Assembly: GCF_016432865.1 (NCBI RefSeq)
Contig: NC_067399.1
Location: 514,042,001-514,106,000 of the forward strand
Direction of reading: 5' to 3'
DNA length: 64,000 nt
DNA from: Antechinus flavipes
Lineage: Eukaryota
Part shown: piece by piece, positions 1 to 11,590 of the stretch
Position numbering within the stretch: position 1 is the stretch's first letter
How the letters are laid out: each line of letters opens with the position of its first letter
The notes under the pieces: generated by a model
Database searches by the model: none
Told to the model about the DNA's origin: nothing
Seen by the model: the letters and a program-made list of their open reading frames with translations, nothing else
Made by a program: the position numbers and the translations under genes

Positions 1-48
1 GAGACCCTGCTACCTGCCCCGTCCATACTTGTCTGGGGGAGGGCTTCA

Positions 49-183
<135 letters not shown>

Positions 184-2791
184 TCACCCAGCATCCTTTC
201 TCTTGGCATTCCAATAACAGACCCTTCTCCCCTTTCCTCTCCCTGTTGGGCACAGGGAAAAGACCTGAGAAAAGGGGGGGGGGTTGGTTTTACGGGCTCT
301 TCCTTCCTGGGAAAGGGCAGAAAGTCTTGCAAACGCTGAGGAAAAGCAGAGCCAGCCGCGCGAGGACTGTGCGCTCATTAAATACACCGCTTGAGTTTTG
401 ACATGCCCAGAGAGACAAGAGAGACCTTCCAGAAGGCGTAAAGTCGTCCTACTTGGGGAGAAAAGGCCGAGATGTAGGGAATTCCAAACAAAGGTGGAGG
501 GTACGACAAGGTGGTGAACTCGGGACAATTCAGAAGGGCTGGGGCAGAAGTCATCGGGGAAGGTTCCAGCAAGGATTTAGGGCAGGAGCTGTCTCCTAAT
601 AGTTTATCCAGGTCTCAGTTTCCTCATCTGCAAAATAATCAGCTGTGTCCAAGGTCTCCCACATTCTACGAGTCTTCAGAGTGGGCAGTTTTTTTGGCTA
701 AGGAAAAGGGCACAAAGGCTGGAAGACAAGAAGCAGCCTGGTGGGTAGGGGGGAGACAGTGAGATAAGCCTGTGTGGATGGGAGAATGAGAAGATTAGGG
801 AGTAGTAGAAAATAGGGCTGAAGAGTCAGGAGGGGACTAAGTTTACAGAGAGACCTCCCTGCCGTTTTTCCATTTTCTTTTTTCGGGTGAGAGAAAGGGG
901 CTGAATGCCTGCAACCCTCCTGGGCATGGGGGAAAACTTATTCTGGTTCTCTCTCACCCATGTCCGTCTCCATGCCAAGCCTGTGGAAGCTTAGGGCCCC
1001 CAGGTTCAGAGGCAACCCCAGGAAGAAATCAGCTCTGAATGGGACCTGGGCCCGCTCCTCCCCCTGTGATGTGGCGTGCTCCTGCCCAAGCACAGCCCTG
1101 CGACCTGCAAGTTGAGGCCCATCCCAGCCCGAGCCCAGGGGCTTGGGAGCCTCGTGCTGCAGCTGCAGCAACTGATGGGCCTGGACCTGTTTTGCCTCCA
1201 CCCTATAGCAGCTGGGCAAGGATACAGCTAGGGAAAAATGGGCCAGGAGCAGCTACCGGGGAGAGGGGGCCCCTCCATAGGGGTGATCTTACAAGGTGCA
1301 TGGGGAAGGGGGAAAAGGGAGTCTTCAGGGGGAAAGTAGATCAAGTGCCCAGCGTAAAGAGAGATGAGCCTCAGCCTCAGGGCTCTGAATACCATCCTCC
1401 CTGGCAGGGAGAATCATGCCAGTGCAGCCGTGCCTCAAGGAGCCATGTGTCAGAGCCACCTCACCAGGAAGCCTTGGAGATTATGGGAAACAGGGAGTGC
1501 ACTCAGGCTTGCTCACTGCATCGCACTCCTAACACCCCCACCCCCACCCCTACTGCTCCTCAGTCCTTTCTGGGTTCTTCCATCATTTTCTGGGCTCTTT
1601 CTGCCTAACATCCACCTTCCTTGGGCCCCCAAAGCAATACCCCAAGAGGCCCTGCCAGGTGAATTCTGCCTGCTCGCTGTAGAGCACTCTCCAGATCAGG
1701 AATCAGATCCTTTGCTTTCCTCTCAGCCCCTGGCTTGGAGTGGGGGCTGGGGATGAGCTCTGTAATGCCCTCCAAGCCAGCTAGGCTTCAAGTTATCCCT
1801 GGAACCCTTCTCCTGGATCTCTTTCCCCCGCAGTGAGGTAGAACCCTCAGAGTTCAAATTGGGGCTGGGGGTGGGGTGGGTGGAGAGCTGTGGATCAATG
1901 ACAATGGAGGCAGGTGAGAAAGAGAAAAAGACCACATTCACAGGACCAAGAATGAAACCTTAAGTAGAAAAATTGCTAGGGGACAAACCCCCCAGTAGAT
2001 AAGAATGCAAGCAAATCATATGCAAATTCAAGGATTCAACATCTGAATGTGATCCCTCGGCCTGAGTCTCACTGGTCTAGGCGTTTGCCAGCAAGGTCTA
2101 ACATTTTCTAGGAGCATCCTCAAAGCAAGTGTTTTTCTTAGCAGCAGACAAGCTCCTTGAAGTCAGGTTCCACACTAGGGTTTTTCCTCAGCTAGGCAGA
2201 AGATAGACTTCAGTCAATACCTATCTGCTAAATTAAACTGGAGGGGAAATCTTGAAGGAAACAAAAGGGTCCCCAAAGCACTTGGGAAGTCTAGAGGCTC
2301 AGGCTGAGCCCTAGGGGTGGGGGTGGAAGGTTGGATGGGAATAATGGAGGCTTCTGGTCTTTGGGTCCAGCTGCAAATAGAGACCAGTACCCAGGGCCCC
2401 TGCCAAGCTAGTAGTTGCTAGCAGTCACTCCGGGTCACTCCCTCAAGGATGATGTGTCCTAGGTAGCCGTCCCCGTGGTTCTCTGCTCCTGCCCTGACCC
2501 CTGAAAGGTGGGGACAGGTGGGGGGAGTATGTATGAAGTTGGCACTGCCAGGGCTACTTACTAGTAAATGCTTGAAGTCTGAAAGCAGGCTAGGTGGGGC
2601 AGGCACCTGGGTCCCCGTTCCCTCCCCAAGGCACTCCCTCCAGCTTCACTGGCTCCATTTCCCCGACGGGCCGCAAGGCGTGTGCGGAGGAAGGCACCCC
2701 CCCTCCCGATCCGCCCCGCCTCGCGGGCACCTGGAGCGGGCCGGGCAGGAGCCAGCACGCAGCCTGCCCTCCCCGCCCCCCACCCCCCTTG

Positions 2792-2806
2792 CATTCCCCG
2801 CATTCC
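2792..2806. promoter_or_regulatory. Tandem TEAD (M-CAT) site CATTCC-ccg-CATTCC
   Basis: Two CATTCC cores with a 3-bp spacer in the intronic CpG island; AJUBA is an established YAP/TEAD target. Confidence 0.6.
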
Positions 2807-3200
2807 TGCGGGCGGAGACAGGGGATGGGGTGGGGGCAAGGCGGGCAGGCGCCTGCTCGGGCACGGCCAGAAAAAGGGGAGCCAGGATGGAGGGGGTGGA
2901 GGGGCTCCGTTTACCCCACTCCTGCCCTGTTCCCCTGAAGCACCTCGGGCGGCCAAAAGAATCAGAGGTGTGACCGCTTGGCGGGTGGGGGTGAAGGGGA
3001 CTCACTGGATGACTTGGGGACCTGGAGATGTAAAGAATTCGGTATTCTGGTCCATCAGAAACTGGACTAAGGAAGAGGCCTCTGCTATCCACTGCCAGTC
3101 TCTTCAACTTAGATCTGGGGAGTCAGCCACACTCCACGGTGCTGGCCCTCGGGCATCTTATCCCTCCAACCCCAATCCACCCTTCCCCGCCCTCACTCAC

Positions 3201-4236
3201 CGAAGTAATCCTCCTTAGACTCAAGTTCCCGAGCCCGACCCCGGCCTGCTTCCAGTGGGAAGGGGCCAGGCGGCTCTTCAGGCCCCGAGGATTCGATACC
3301 GGGGGGCTCCCCGTGGGCGCCTGGTTCCCGCCCTCCGGTTCCCACAGCTAGCCGCAGCAATGCTGCTAGCTCCTCTGGGTAGCGGACGCCTGCCGCGCAG
3401 TCCCCATAGCCGGTCACAGAATGTCGTCCAGGCTGCGCCCCTCGCCTCTCTAAGGGCCCAGTCGCTCCTATCCCAGCCCCGGCCAGGGCCCCGGGACTGC
3501 CAAGGGCCGGTGGGTACGAGTGACGGCTCTCTTGAAAGCCAAAACCCGTGGGTCGGTGAGAGCAAAGCCGGTCTAAAGCAGCATGGAGATCGGGGTAGGC
3601 GGAGGGAACACCTCCCGAAGGAAAGCCTGTAGGAGCTCCTGCGAAGGGAGGGCCAAAGGAGCACGGCCCAGTGGGCAGGGGGCTTCCGTGGCGCTGGTCA
3701 TAGCCCATGCTGATGCCACTGGTTCGGTTGCTGCAGGGCCGGCTGCCACCAGCTCCGCAACTCCCCGCCCCGTCCAGGAGAAGACTGCCTCGGGGGCTAG
3801 ACGGCTTGCTGGCATCGCTTGCGGAGCTGCTGGCGAAGCTAGAACGCGGGCTTAAGGCGGGGGCCAGGGTCTCCAGACGCAAGTCGGGGAGCAGCGATTG
3901 GGGTAGAGGCAAGGCCCGGGGCTGGGGCGCCCCGCCGGGGAAAGGAACTTCATAGCGCGGCGCCTCAAAGGAGTAGCGTCGGATTCGCTCAGCCTCCAGG
4001 GGGCCTTGCTCGCGGGTTGTTTCCAGTGGCTCATCCCCAGATTCTCCAAGAGTTCCCCGGGTCCCTGGCTTCCTGGGGCCCCCGGACCCGCTCGATCGCC
4101 CCTTTCCAGGAGAAGGGGTTCCATCGGACCCTGACCGGCTTGACTCCCCTTTTCTGCGGCCAAACTTGGCGCTGCCGGAGTCGGAGAGCTTCAGCTTTTC
4201 CAGCAGGCGGCTAGCTTTCTCTCCCAGGCGCTCCAT
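3201..4236 (-). CDS. AJUBA: AJUBA coding exon 1 (Gly/Pro/Ser-rich pre-LIM region)
   Basis: ORF 3193-4236 [31 protein letters not shown]...EDYF matches the AJUBA N-terminus as I recall it; G|gtgagt donor at 3200; 1036 bp = phase 1, in frame with exon 2. Confidence 0.97.
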
Positions 4237-5234
4237 GCCCTCGGGTCCGGGGCTTCGAGCCCCCTCCTAGCCCCGGCCCCTGACTGTGTTTGGGCTGCTT
4301 CCCTCTCTCCCTGGCCACAGGAAGCTAGATCCCTAGGAGCACTGGACTGGCACGGGGGCTCAGCTGGCGGCCCGGGTGCCCGGCGCCCAGGAGCCCACAG
4401 CATCCCCTAGGGAGAGGGGTACAGCTCCCTGACCCATCAGGGAGTATACGGGGTTGGGGGAATCTAAGGCTGCAGCTGCTCTACCCACCAGTCTATCTGT
4501 TCATCAGTCTGCGGGCTGGTCCTGCCTCCCCCAGCTCCCGGATCCCTTTGGCCCCCGCCCCCCTAGCTACACCCCCCTCCCCTTTAGCTTCCACACTTAA
4601 GCACCGACTCGAACTTCTCTCCTAAACTTTTGTCTGCCCGGCCGGATCTACTTTCATAGAAGGGCGGAGCGCGGTGTCCGTAGGAAGGGAAAGAGGTGGG
4701 GGTATCAGCGCAGGAATCTTTGGTTCACGCTTTCTGAGAGAAGGAAGACAGGTTAACTCTCTCTTATGGACTTAGTGAAGACTTAGATAGAGGATCGGGA
4801 GAGATGGGGACAATTAATGAGTCGTTAGTGCACCTCCTTAGACGCAGATGAGGAAGGAGTGGACGGGGCCAGTGGAAGGACTCTTTGTCTGCAGTTGGAA
4901 TGTGCGGAGGGGCACGGTGGAAGCCAAGGAAAAGGAGTGAAAGCGACTAGAGAGAGAGGCATGTCCTGCGCAAACATGGTCACTTTGTTCCTAGAGTGAA
5001 GACGGTGAGATGGAAAACAGAGAGAACTGAACAGCTAGAGATGGAGGGGATAGAGGAATAGAGTGAACAGAGACAAGCTAAAACGGGAGAGCTCGCAGAG
5101 ATACAAAAAGGAGGGATGGGGCACAAGCAAGACAGACATATAAAAGAAGGAAATGGGAGTGTGCTCTAGAAGAAAAAGGCCAGGTGAGAGAGCCAGGCGC
5201 ACAGAAACAGAAATGGGTCTGCGGAAGGACAGAA

Positions 5235-5430
5235 AGGATGAGGCAGCTGTGGGAAAGAGTTTGGCTCTGGAGCCAAGGAACTTGGGTTCTAATTTTGGCT
5301 CTGCCACATAGTACCTGTGCATCATTGAACAAAGCACTTAATCTCTCGAGTTTCTTTATCTTTAAAATGATGGGGTCGGACTGGATTAAGTTGGAAGGCG
5401 TTCTTTTTCAGCTCTAAAGCCATGATCCTA
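5235..5430 (+). mobile_element. MIR/MIR3-type CORE SINE
   Basis: tRNA-like head (ggctctggagccaaggaacttgggttctaatt) and core (ctcgagtttctttatctttaaaatg); ends approximate. Confidence 0.65.
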
Positions 5431-5436
5431 CTCTTA

Positions 5437-5525
5437 GATGGCGCAATGGATAGATAGAGCACCGGATTGGAAGGAGGACCAGAGTTCAAATTCAGACTTG
5501 GACACTTAACACTTCCTAGTGTTTA
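5437..5525 (+). mobile_element. WSINE1-like SINE head (3'-truncated)
   Basis: agatggcgcaatggatag...aggaccagagttcaaattcagac...acacttaacacttcctagt matches the marsupial tRNA-derived SINE head with A/B boxes. Confidence 0.7.
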
Positions 5526-7006
5526 GATAAAAGAAATGAGGGGTGAGAGATACCCTAACGGCGATAGGCCGGTGTTGCAGGTTTTTGCGAAAGTATTCGC
5601 AGTCCCGGCGAGGTTTTTGGCAAAAAAAAATAAAAATAAAAATAAAAGGTTTATTACACTGAGGAACAACTTCTCTTCCTGTTTAGGAATTAGCAAAGAT
5701 TTGGATGCACAGCCTTTGATTAAATTTCTATGGCCTAGGGCTAGGGAGCCATCTCCTGATGAAATTGAGAGACTAATCAATAATGGGTGGTAATTATGCC
5801 TCAGGCCAAGATCTCCAATTGAATTGCAGGTGGAAATTATTATGGGAATTTCCCTCATGAATGGGAGGTTGGGGGTTGAGATTTAGGGTTTTTCCAACCC
5901 AGGTCCACCCCCTCAAAGATAAGGGAATACTCAGTTCCTATTACATCACTAGCTTTGTGATCCTGAGCAAGTCACTAAATCCAATTGGCTCACATACTAA
6001 AAAATTATTAAAAATAAATAAATCTAAGACATATAGTCAACATATCCATATATATTAAATTAGATATAGTCAACAAGCACTCCGAGGATGTGTGCCCTTT
6101 TATGTATGCATGCATGCACACACTATCTCCAAATGGAGAGAGATGGGAAAAGGAAATTAGCAACAGAAAGGAGCAAAAAGGGAGAGTGGAGGCAGATGCA
6201 GGCGAAACACACCCCACCTGGTGTTTGGAAATGGAATTTCTTAAGACAGTTTCAGGTATTTGTTATGTCAGGGACGAGCAGTCAGAGGCAGGATACCATT
6301 TTAGATAGCCCATAGCAGATTGCCAATAAAGAATAAATAGGACCCAGATGAAGGAAAGTGATGGACATAAAGGAGGAGTGACCAGATTAGCAGGTCCAGG
6401 AGTGAAAGAAAAAAGTAATAGTAGCCAAGGTTGAATATACCTCTGGATATTAGCCTGTGGTTTCTTCCAGATTTTTTAATTAGCATACTAGAAGGTGGAG
6501 GAAAGAATATATAGAGGACTGATTTATTTGCAATCAATATTAAATGACTATGCAAATTATACATAGGTACCTGAATGTGATTCCTGTATCAACATTTTGG
6601 GTACTTTTTAAAATTCTAGTACAGTTCAGTGGCCCCAGGGAATGGAGAAGGAAAGTTGTCTGATAACTTCCTTTTTAGGCAATTAATTTGTTATAACCTA
6701 ATCCTACCTAATAATCTGTCTCCTTCCTCTTGTAGTCTCTTGTTAGACCTCCTATTTTCTTGATCAGACTTTGGGATATTTCCCTGAGCTTGATGGTGCT
6801 TTAATAGCAGAAAGTAAGTGGTGGTCAGGAATGGCCTGAAACTTGAGAATCAGGAAAGGGAACTGGGAGGGTTAACCGATTAAGTGTTCTGGCCTATCTA
6901 TGTCATCTAACGTTTAAACTATTCGGAGAGCAGAATGATGTATAGTAGAGGTTCAAGTACTTAGCGTTTTGGAGTGAAGAAAATGTGGGTTTAAATCCTG
7001 CCTGTG

Positions 7007-7313
7007 GTCCAGTGTAGTGGGATATATCTGTAATCCATGCCTTGGGGAAATGTGAGTTTGTTGGATTCCCTGGAGATCAGAAATTAGTTCTAAGCTGCTG
7101 TGAGCTAAGGCAGTATGGGGTGCACACTAAGTCAAGCACCAATATAGTGAGATCCCATGACCAAGGAGGGCACCAGGCTGCTTAAGAAGGGGCAAACTGA
7201 ACCAGGTTGGAAACAAAGTTCCTATGAGGATAATTGATGGGATCAACTTAAGAGTGGCCACTATAGCTCTAATCTGGGAGAGATAGGGAGACTCAATCTC
7301 AAAAAAATAAAAT
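7007..7313 (+). pseudogene. Degraded, near full-length 7SL (SRP RNA) retropseudogene
   Basis: Collinear with 7SL: gtccagtgtagtgg~GCCGGGCGCGGTGG; cacactaagtcaagcaccaatatagtgagatccc~CGCACTAAGTTCGGCATCAATATGGTGACCTCCC; caccaggctgcttaagaagggg...ccaggttggaaac~CACCAGGTTGCCTAAGGAGGGG...CCAGGTCGGAAAC; ends gagactcaatctc plus an A-tail at 7301-7313. Confidence 0.88.
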
Positions 7314-7471
7314 AATTAAGGTGTGCACAAAGACAAATGGTAGGCAGAGTAAAAAATATAGATAGGAATAACTCTTGTGGTGACTATTAACAAATGATGA
7401 CTCCTTAGACTGGCCTGAGAAGTAGCAAGGATTTTCTGAACTAGGCTACTCACATTTTTCAGTCTAGGGGA

Positions 7472-7680
7472 TGCAGCAAAATGTGTCGGAGAGAGGGCTG
7501 AGCTTTGAATCAAACGACCTGGGTTCTATTGTGAGTTTTGCCTTTTATTAGCTCTCTAAACTTGGTCTTGAAGCAGTTCCTAATCTCTCTGAACCTGTTT
7601 CCTCATCTGTAAAATAGGAATGATGCTACATTATGTACCTCAAAGAGTTGTTATAGCATGAGGTCCAAATGAAATAAAGT
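7472..7680 (+). mobile_element. MIR SINE
   Basis: gacctgggttc head and ctctgaacctgtttcctcatctgtaaaataggaatgatg core. Confidence 0.8.
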
Positions 7681-8451
7681 CTGTCTGTTGTTGCTATATA
7701 ATCCCTGTGAGCTATTAGGAGTTAAACTGTATGGAACTAGTCCGGGACTTTTACAATACAGAGATATCTTCACCCCAGAAAGCTTGAATGACAGATCATG
7801 GAACACGTTTCTGGAAATTATAAAGAGCAGTAGCACCCATGCAGTCTGGGAAAGCCTAGTTCCCTATAGAAGCAAGACCGTTTTTCAGTCACAGAAGTGA
7901 TTTTGCCCACCAGGTGGCGGCATTAGCCTGGCCTGACCCTATCTTGCTCCCATGACACAAGACCTGGGGAACCAGTGCTGTTCCCCAGAGCTAGAGGTGA
8001 AATCAAAAAAGAGAAACTCAGAGAAGCTTGGACAAGTAACAAAAAGGCCTCTTGTTTTGTGGACCCATGACATTCCTGTTTAGAACTCTCCCTCCCTTCC
8101 TTCCTTTCCCTCCTGTTGCCTCATCCTTATCTCAATTTCCGGGCACTGTTTATCAAAAAAAAAAAAAAAAAAAAAAGCATTTTCTTGCTTGCCCTTTCCA
8201 AGTATTACTTTTTTCATTCAATATAAATTTTTTCTCATCATCTTGTCCCATATACCACCCTCACCGCCGTTCCCATCTGATGTCCACTTTATCCAATGAG
8301 CAGTTCCCACTTTCATTAGAGATGAAGGATGAAGATGCAAAATCTTTCTCAAAAAGGAAGGAATATCCAGTTAACCTAGGAATCCCAATTACCCCAAATC
8401 CAGGGAATAAGGATTGGTAGGAGCCAGAGTTTTTTCTTTTGGTCATAGTGT

Positions 8452-8874
8452 TCACTCATCCTTTTCTACTTTGATTTCAATGAATGAGTTCAAGTCAGGG
8501 CAAAAGGTTTTGTGGGATTGGTCAAAAGGTGAAGAAACAGGTGCATCTTCATCCCCACCGTCTTCTTCTTCTTCTTCCTGGAAGTTGGGATTATAGAGCT
8601 CTGGGGGAAGAAGCTGAGCCTCAGCCGAAGGCAGTCTTTCTGAAGGAGGCCCATATATTCGGTTGGCTTTGGTGCCATGCTTAGAATTGGCGTCCAGGTG
8701 GTAGCAAAGTTGAGTGAGGCGCTGAGCCCTGAATCGAGGGGGGCGAGCCACCCAAACCCCTGGCTCATTAAGACTGTCCTCCTCATCCGACATTAATTCC
8801 TCTGTCACATCCTTCCATAGGCGCTGTTCCTCTGCTCCAAAGTGCCTCATGATACTGGATCGGTTAGCAAAGAG
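8452..8874 (-). CDS. C14orf93: C14orf93 last coding exon (LFANRSSIMRHFG...EIKVEKDE*)
   Basis: gtgtag acceptor at 8875; 423 bp, phase 0; TGA at 8452-8454; near-identical to the human C14orf93 C-terminus as recalled. Confidence 0.95.
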   Translation of the reverse strand, partial: LFANRSSIMRHFGAEEQRLWKDVTEELMSDEEDSLNEPGVWVARPPRFRAQRLTQLCYHLDANSKHGTKANRIYGPPSERLPSAEAQLLPPELYNPNFQEEEEEDGGDEDAPVSSPFDQSHKTFCPDLNSFIEIKVEKDE

Positions 8875-9306
8875 CTACACAGGATCATGGGACAGAAGTT
8901 AGAATGGGAGACAAGAATGTGGGTGAAATTTAGGAAATATCAAGGGGAACAAGGGATTCTGGGAAAGAATGAGTGAGATTTGTGTGAGAGACAGAACTAG
9001 AAGACATTTAAAACAAGTTTTAGAAAGTAATATCTCCGGTTTTATCTACGGAGACTCTGAGCCTTTTCTATAACACAGAGGGCTTGCTCTGTTCTCTGCT
9101 TGCCCTATTTGAGGCTCTGGCCAATAGGGTTCCAATCCTCAGATCATTTTTAGAGTTGGAAGCTTTACCCTCCTTCTCTCCTAGTGGCCCTTAGCCTTAT
9201 TTTTCCTGGGTCTCAGCCCTATTCCTAGTTCCTTTTCCCTCTAACTCCACAGTGTGGTAGTATCAGAGGTTTGGTACCCGGAATGAAGAACATGGAGACC
9301 TCTTAC

Positions 9307-9419
9307 CCGGTATCGGCGACTTCTTAATTTCTTCTCCTCTTTCTCTTTCAGGCCCTTAAAGGGATTCAGGGAGTTTCGATACTCACGTCTTTTGGTGAGG
9401 AAGTAGGCTACACAAGCCC
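9307..9419 (-). CDS. C14orf93: C14orf93 coding exon 5 ((G)ACVAYFLTKRREYRNSLNPFKGLKEKEEKKLRSRRYR)
   Basis: 113 bp, gtag acceptor and gtaag donor, phase 1 to phase 0. Confidence 0.95.
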
Positions 9420-10153
9420 CTACAATGAGAGAAGAGAAGTTCCTGAAGCTCTCTGAGGCAGAATAGACACAAGATCCTTTAGAGGCTGTATTCCTCAAGT
9501 GGCCAAAGTTAGTATGTACTTATTCCTTTTTTATCTGGCCTTTCTCCTTCATCAGAACCATATACCTGTGCCCCTGGGCTAGCCACTTGCTGCATGCTGC
9601 TAGTGGGAACCCTAAGAAGAAAAAAGATTTACAAGGCACCCTTTGGCAGAATTTTCTGATTCATAAGCCTGGGGTATTAACTGTAGGTAAGGAAGAAAAG
9701 AAACAAAGAGGTAAAAGGCTGGATTGCTATCTAGAACCTGTAAAATGAGGGACTTCGACTGGACAACCTCACTAATCCCTCCCAGCTTTAAATCTTTGAT
9801 CCTCTGATCCTGTGACAAAGGGTCAGACCTCTGCCAGAGAACTTTGATTATTTCCTCTCTACTACTTCCCCCTCCCCCCCAACTTTGATTTATGCCCTAT
9901 ACAAAATCACAATGTTTGGTGCTCTTCTATCTCCTAATTTCACTTTCAATTCTGAGAAAGGGAATGATAAATAGGCATTTTGGAGCTAGTTGTGTGAGTC
10001 TAGATGGGAAGAGGATAAAAGGAAACCTAATTCCTGCCATCATCATTCTAATACCAAAACTACCAGCTCATGTCTTAGCTCATGCTTCTCTGCTGACTCC
10101 AGGAGTGGCAAACAGAGGGGTCAGAGATGGAGGTTCCCCCAAGCTTCCTTTAC

Positions 10154-10257
10154 CTTTCAATTCCTTATCAGTGTAATTGTGGGGACTGGTCACCAGCTCC
10201 TGCTTGAGTTTCTCCAGGAGGAATTTCACCACTGAAATGTTCCAAGAGGACTTGATA
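10154..10257 (-). CDS. C14orf93: C14orf93 coding exon 4 ((S)IKSSWNISVVKFLLEKLKQELVTSPHNYTDKELK(G))
   Basis: 104 bp, ggcag acceptor, G|gtaaag donor; frames join to both neighbours. Confidence 0.93.
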
Positions 10258-10558
10258 CTGCCACATTAAAAAAAAAAAAAAAAAGCAGTTTTCAGTGTAT
10301 GCTGGACAAAGCAAAACAAACCACCCAGTTCTCAATGGACACCAAAGTAATTTCCTTTAGGAAATTTGGAATTTCCTGGATTCCAAATGGACATTTTTAT
10401 ACAGGACTTTCTACTGGTGTCACCTTCCAATTAGGGAGTAGTGGTCCCAATCCTTCAGACTTCCTTTTGTCCTCCTTTCCTATCTGTCCTCCTTCCCCAC
10501 CAGATTTACTTCAGAAGAGTTACCTCTTCCTGGTGCCATCTATTTAGAAGGAACTCAC

Positions 10559-10620
10559 CTTTCTGACCCATTGAATCTCTTGTCATTTGTGATGTGATTA
10601 TGTACATTGTGGACCAATTT
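10559..10620 (-). CDS. C14orf93: C14orf93 coding exon 3 (KLVHNVHNHITNDKRFNGSE(S))
   Basis: 62 bp, ttctag acceptor, AG|gtgagt donor; too short to appear in the ORF track. Confidence 0.93.
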
Positions 10621-11154
10621 CTAGAAATGAGAAAAAATAGAATCACAGAAAGTATGGTGAATATTAACTTATATAAAATGCTTTACAAATCCTAAAGCAC
10701 TATGTAAATGTTAGCTATTATTAGCTGATATTGTTGGTAATATAATTAATATGTTACTATCCACTCAGGGAAGACCACTTTTAGACTAGCCTCCCTCTGG
10801 GTCTTCTGTATGAACCTTACTGCAGCTTTAGTACTATTTATTACATAGGTGTCCTTTCTTGGCAGGAAAACCTCTTTGGTTCAGAGTTTCCAATTGAGAT
10901 TTTTTTCCCTAATTGGAGACAGGATAGGGAAGGAAAGACGGGATCAGCTAGAGCTCCCAAATCACCTCTTGGGTATTGTTACCCCAAGCCTGAATCCAAG
11001 AATTTTGAGTTATATGGGAACTCTGAGTTTATTTGATTCAAACTCCTCCTCTCCCTCCTCCTCCCCCCAGTTCAAGAATCCCTTTTATAACACTCAACAT
11101 CCAGCCCCTGCTTGAAAACTTTTAGTGAGGGATCTCACTATTGTTCAACTTGGT

Positions 11155-11410
11155 AATAATAATAATAGCTAGTATTTATTAAGTGCCTACTGTGTGTCAG
11201 GCACTGTGCTATTGCTTTATAAATATTATTTCATGTGATCCTCACAATACACCTGGGAGGTAGATGCTATTAGTATCCCCATTTTACAACTGAGGAAACA
11301 AGGAAACAAAGACTGCCCAAAGTCACATAGCTAATAAGTATCTGGGGCCAGATAGGAATTTGGACTTTTCTGACTCCATTTCCATTCTCTGCTTTGCCAC
11401 ATAGCTTCCT
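11155..11410 (-). mobile_element. Mar1/MIR-type CORE SINE
   Basis: aataataatagctagtatttattaagtgcctactgtgtgtcaggcactgtg tail and atccccattttacaactgaggaaac core. Confidence 0.75.
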
Positions 11411-11429
11411 GGCTCCAAGTTCAATCTAG

Positions 11430-11590
11430 GGGCTGGGATGTATAAATGTCTTTCACACAAACACACAAAATTTCAATATAATTGATTTCCTTTGTGAATT
11501 CTCCATATTTTCATTTATGCATTTAAAAATATAATTCTGAAAGGGGAGCCACAGGCAACACCAGAATGCTAACGGGTCCATGAGCCACTG
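11430..11590. mobile_element. Old hAT-type MITE remnant
   Basis: ttcaatataattgatttcctttg...tttatgcatttaaaaatataattctgaaagggg...gggtccatg resembles an ancient mammalian hAT MITE; exact family not certain. Confidence 0.4.

Larger units (their letters stand above)
2640..4700. promoter_or_regulatory. CpG island covering the AJUBA promoter, exon 1 and 5' part of intron 1
   Basis: Very high GC and CpG density relative to the AT-rich flanks; GC boxes such as gggcggag at ~4662; boundaries approximate. Confidence 0.85.

Noticed and set aside
1039-1756. 189-aa and 130-aa plus-strand ORFs in AJUBA intron 1
   Set aside because: Low-complexity Pro/Gly-rich translations of GC-rich intron with no homology I recognise.
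2518-4403. Many overlapping ORFs of 100-180 aa on both strands around AJUBA exon 1
   Set aside because: Expected from stop-codon scarcity in a GC-rich CpG island; no recognisable domains or splice structure.
5437-5525. Possible tRNA gene
   Set aside because: A/B boxes belong to a SINE head; no cloverleaf or anticodon arm.
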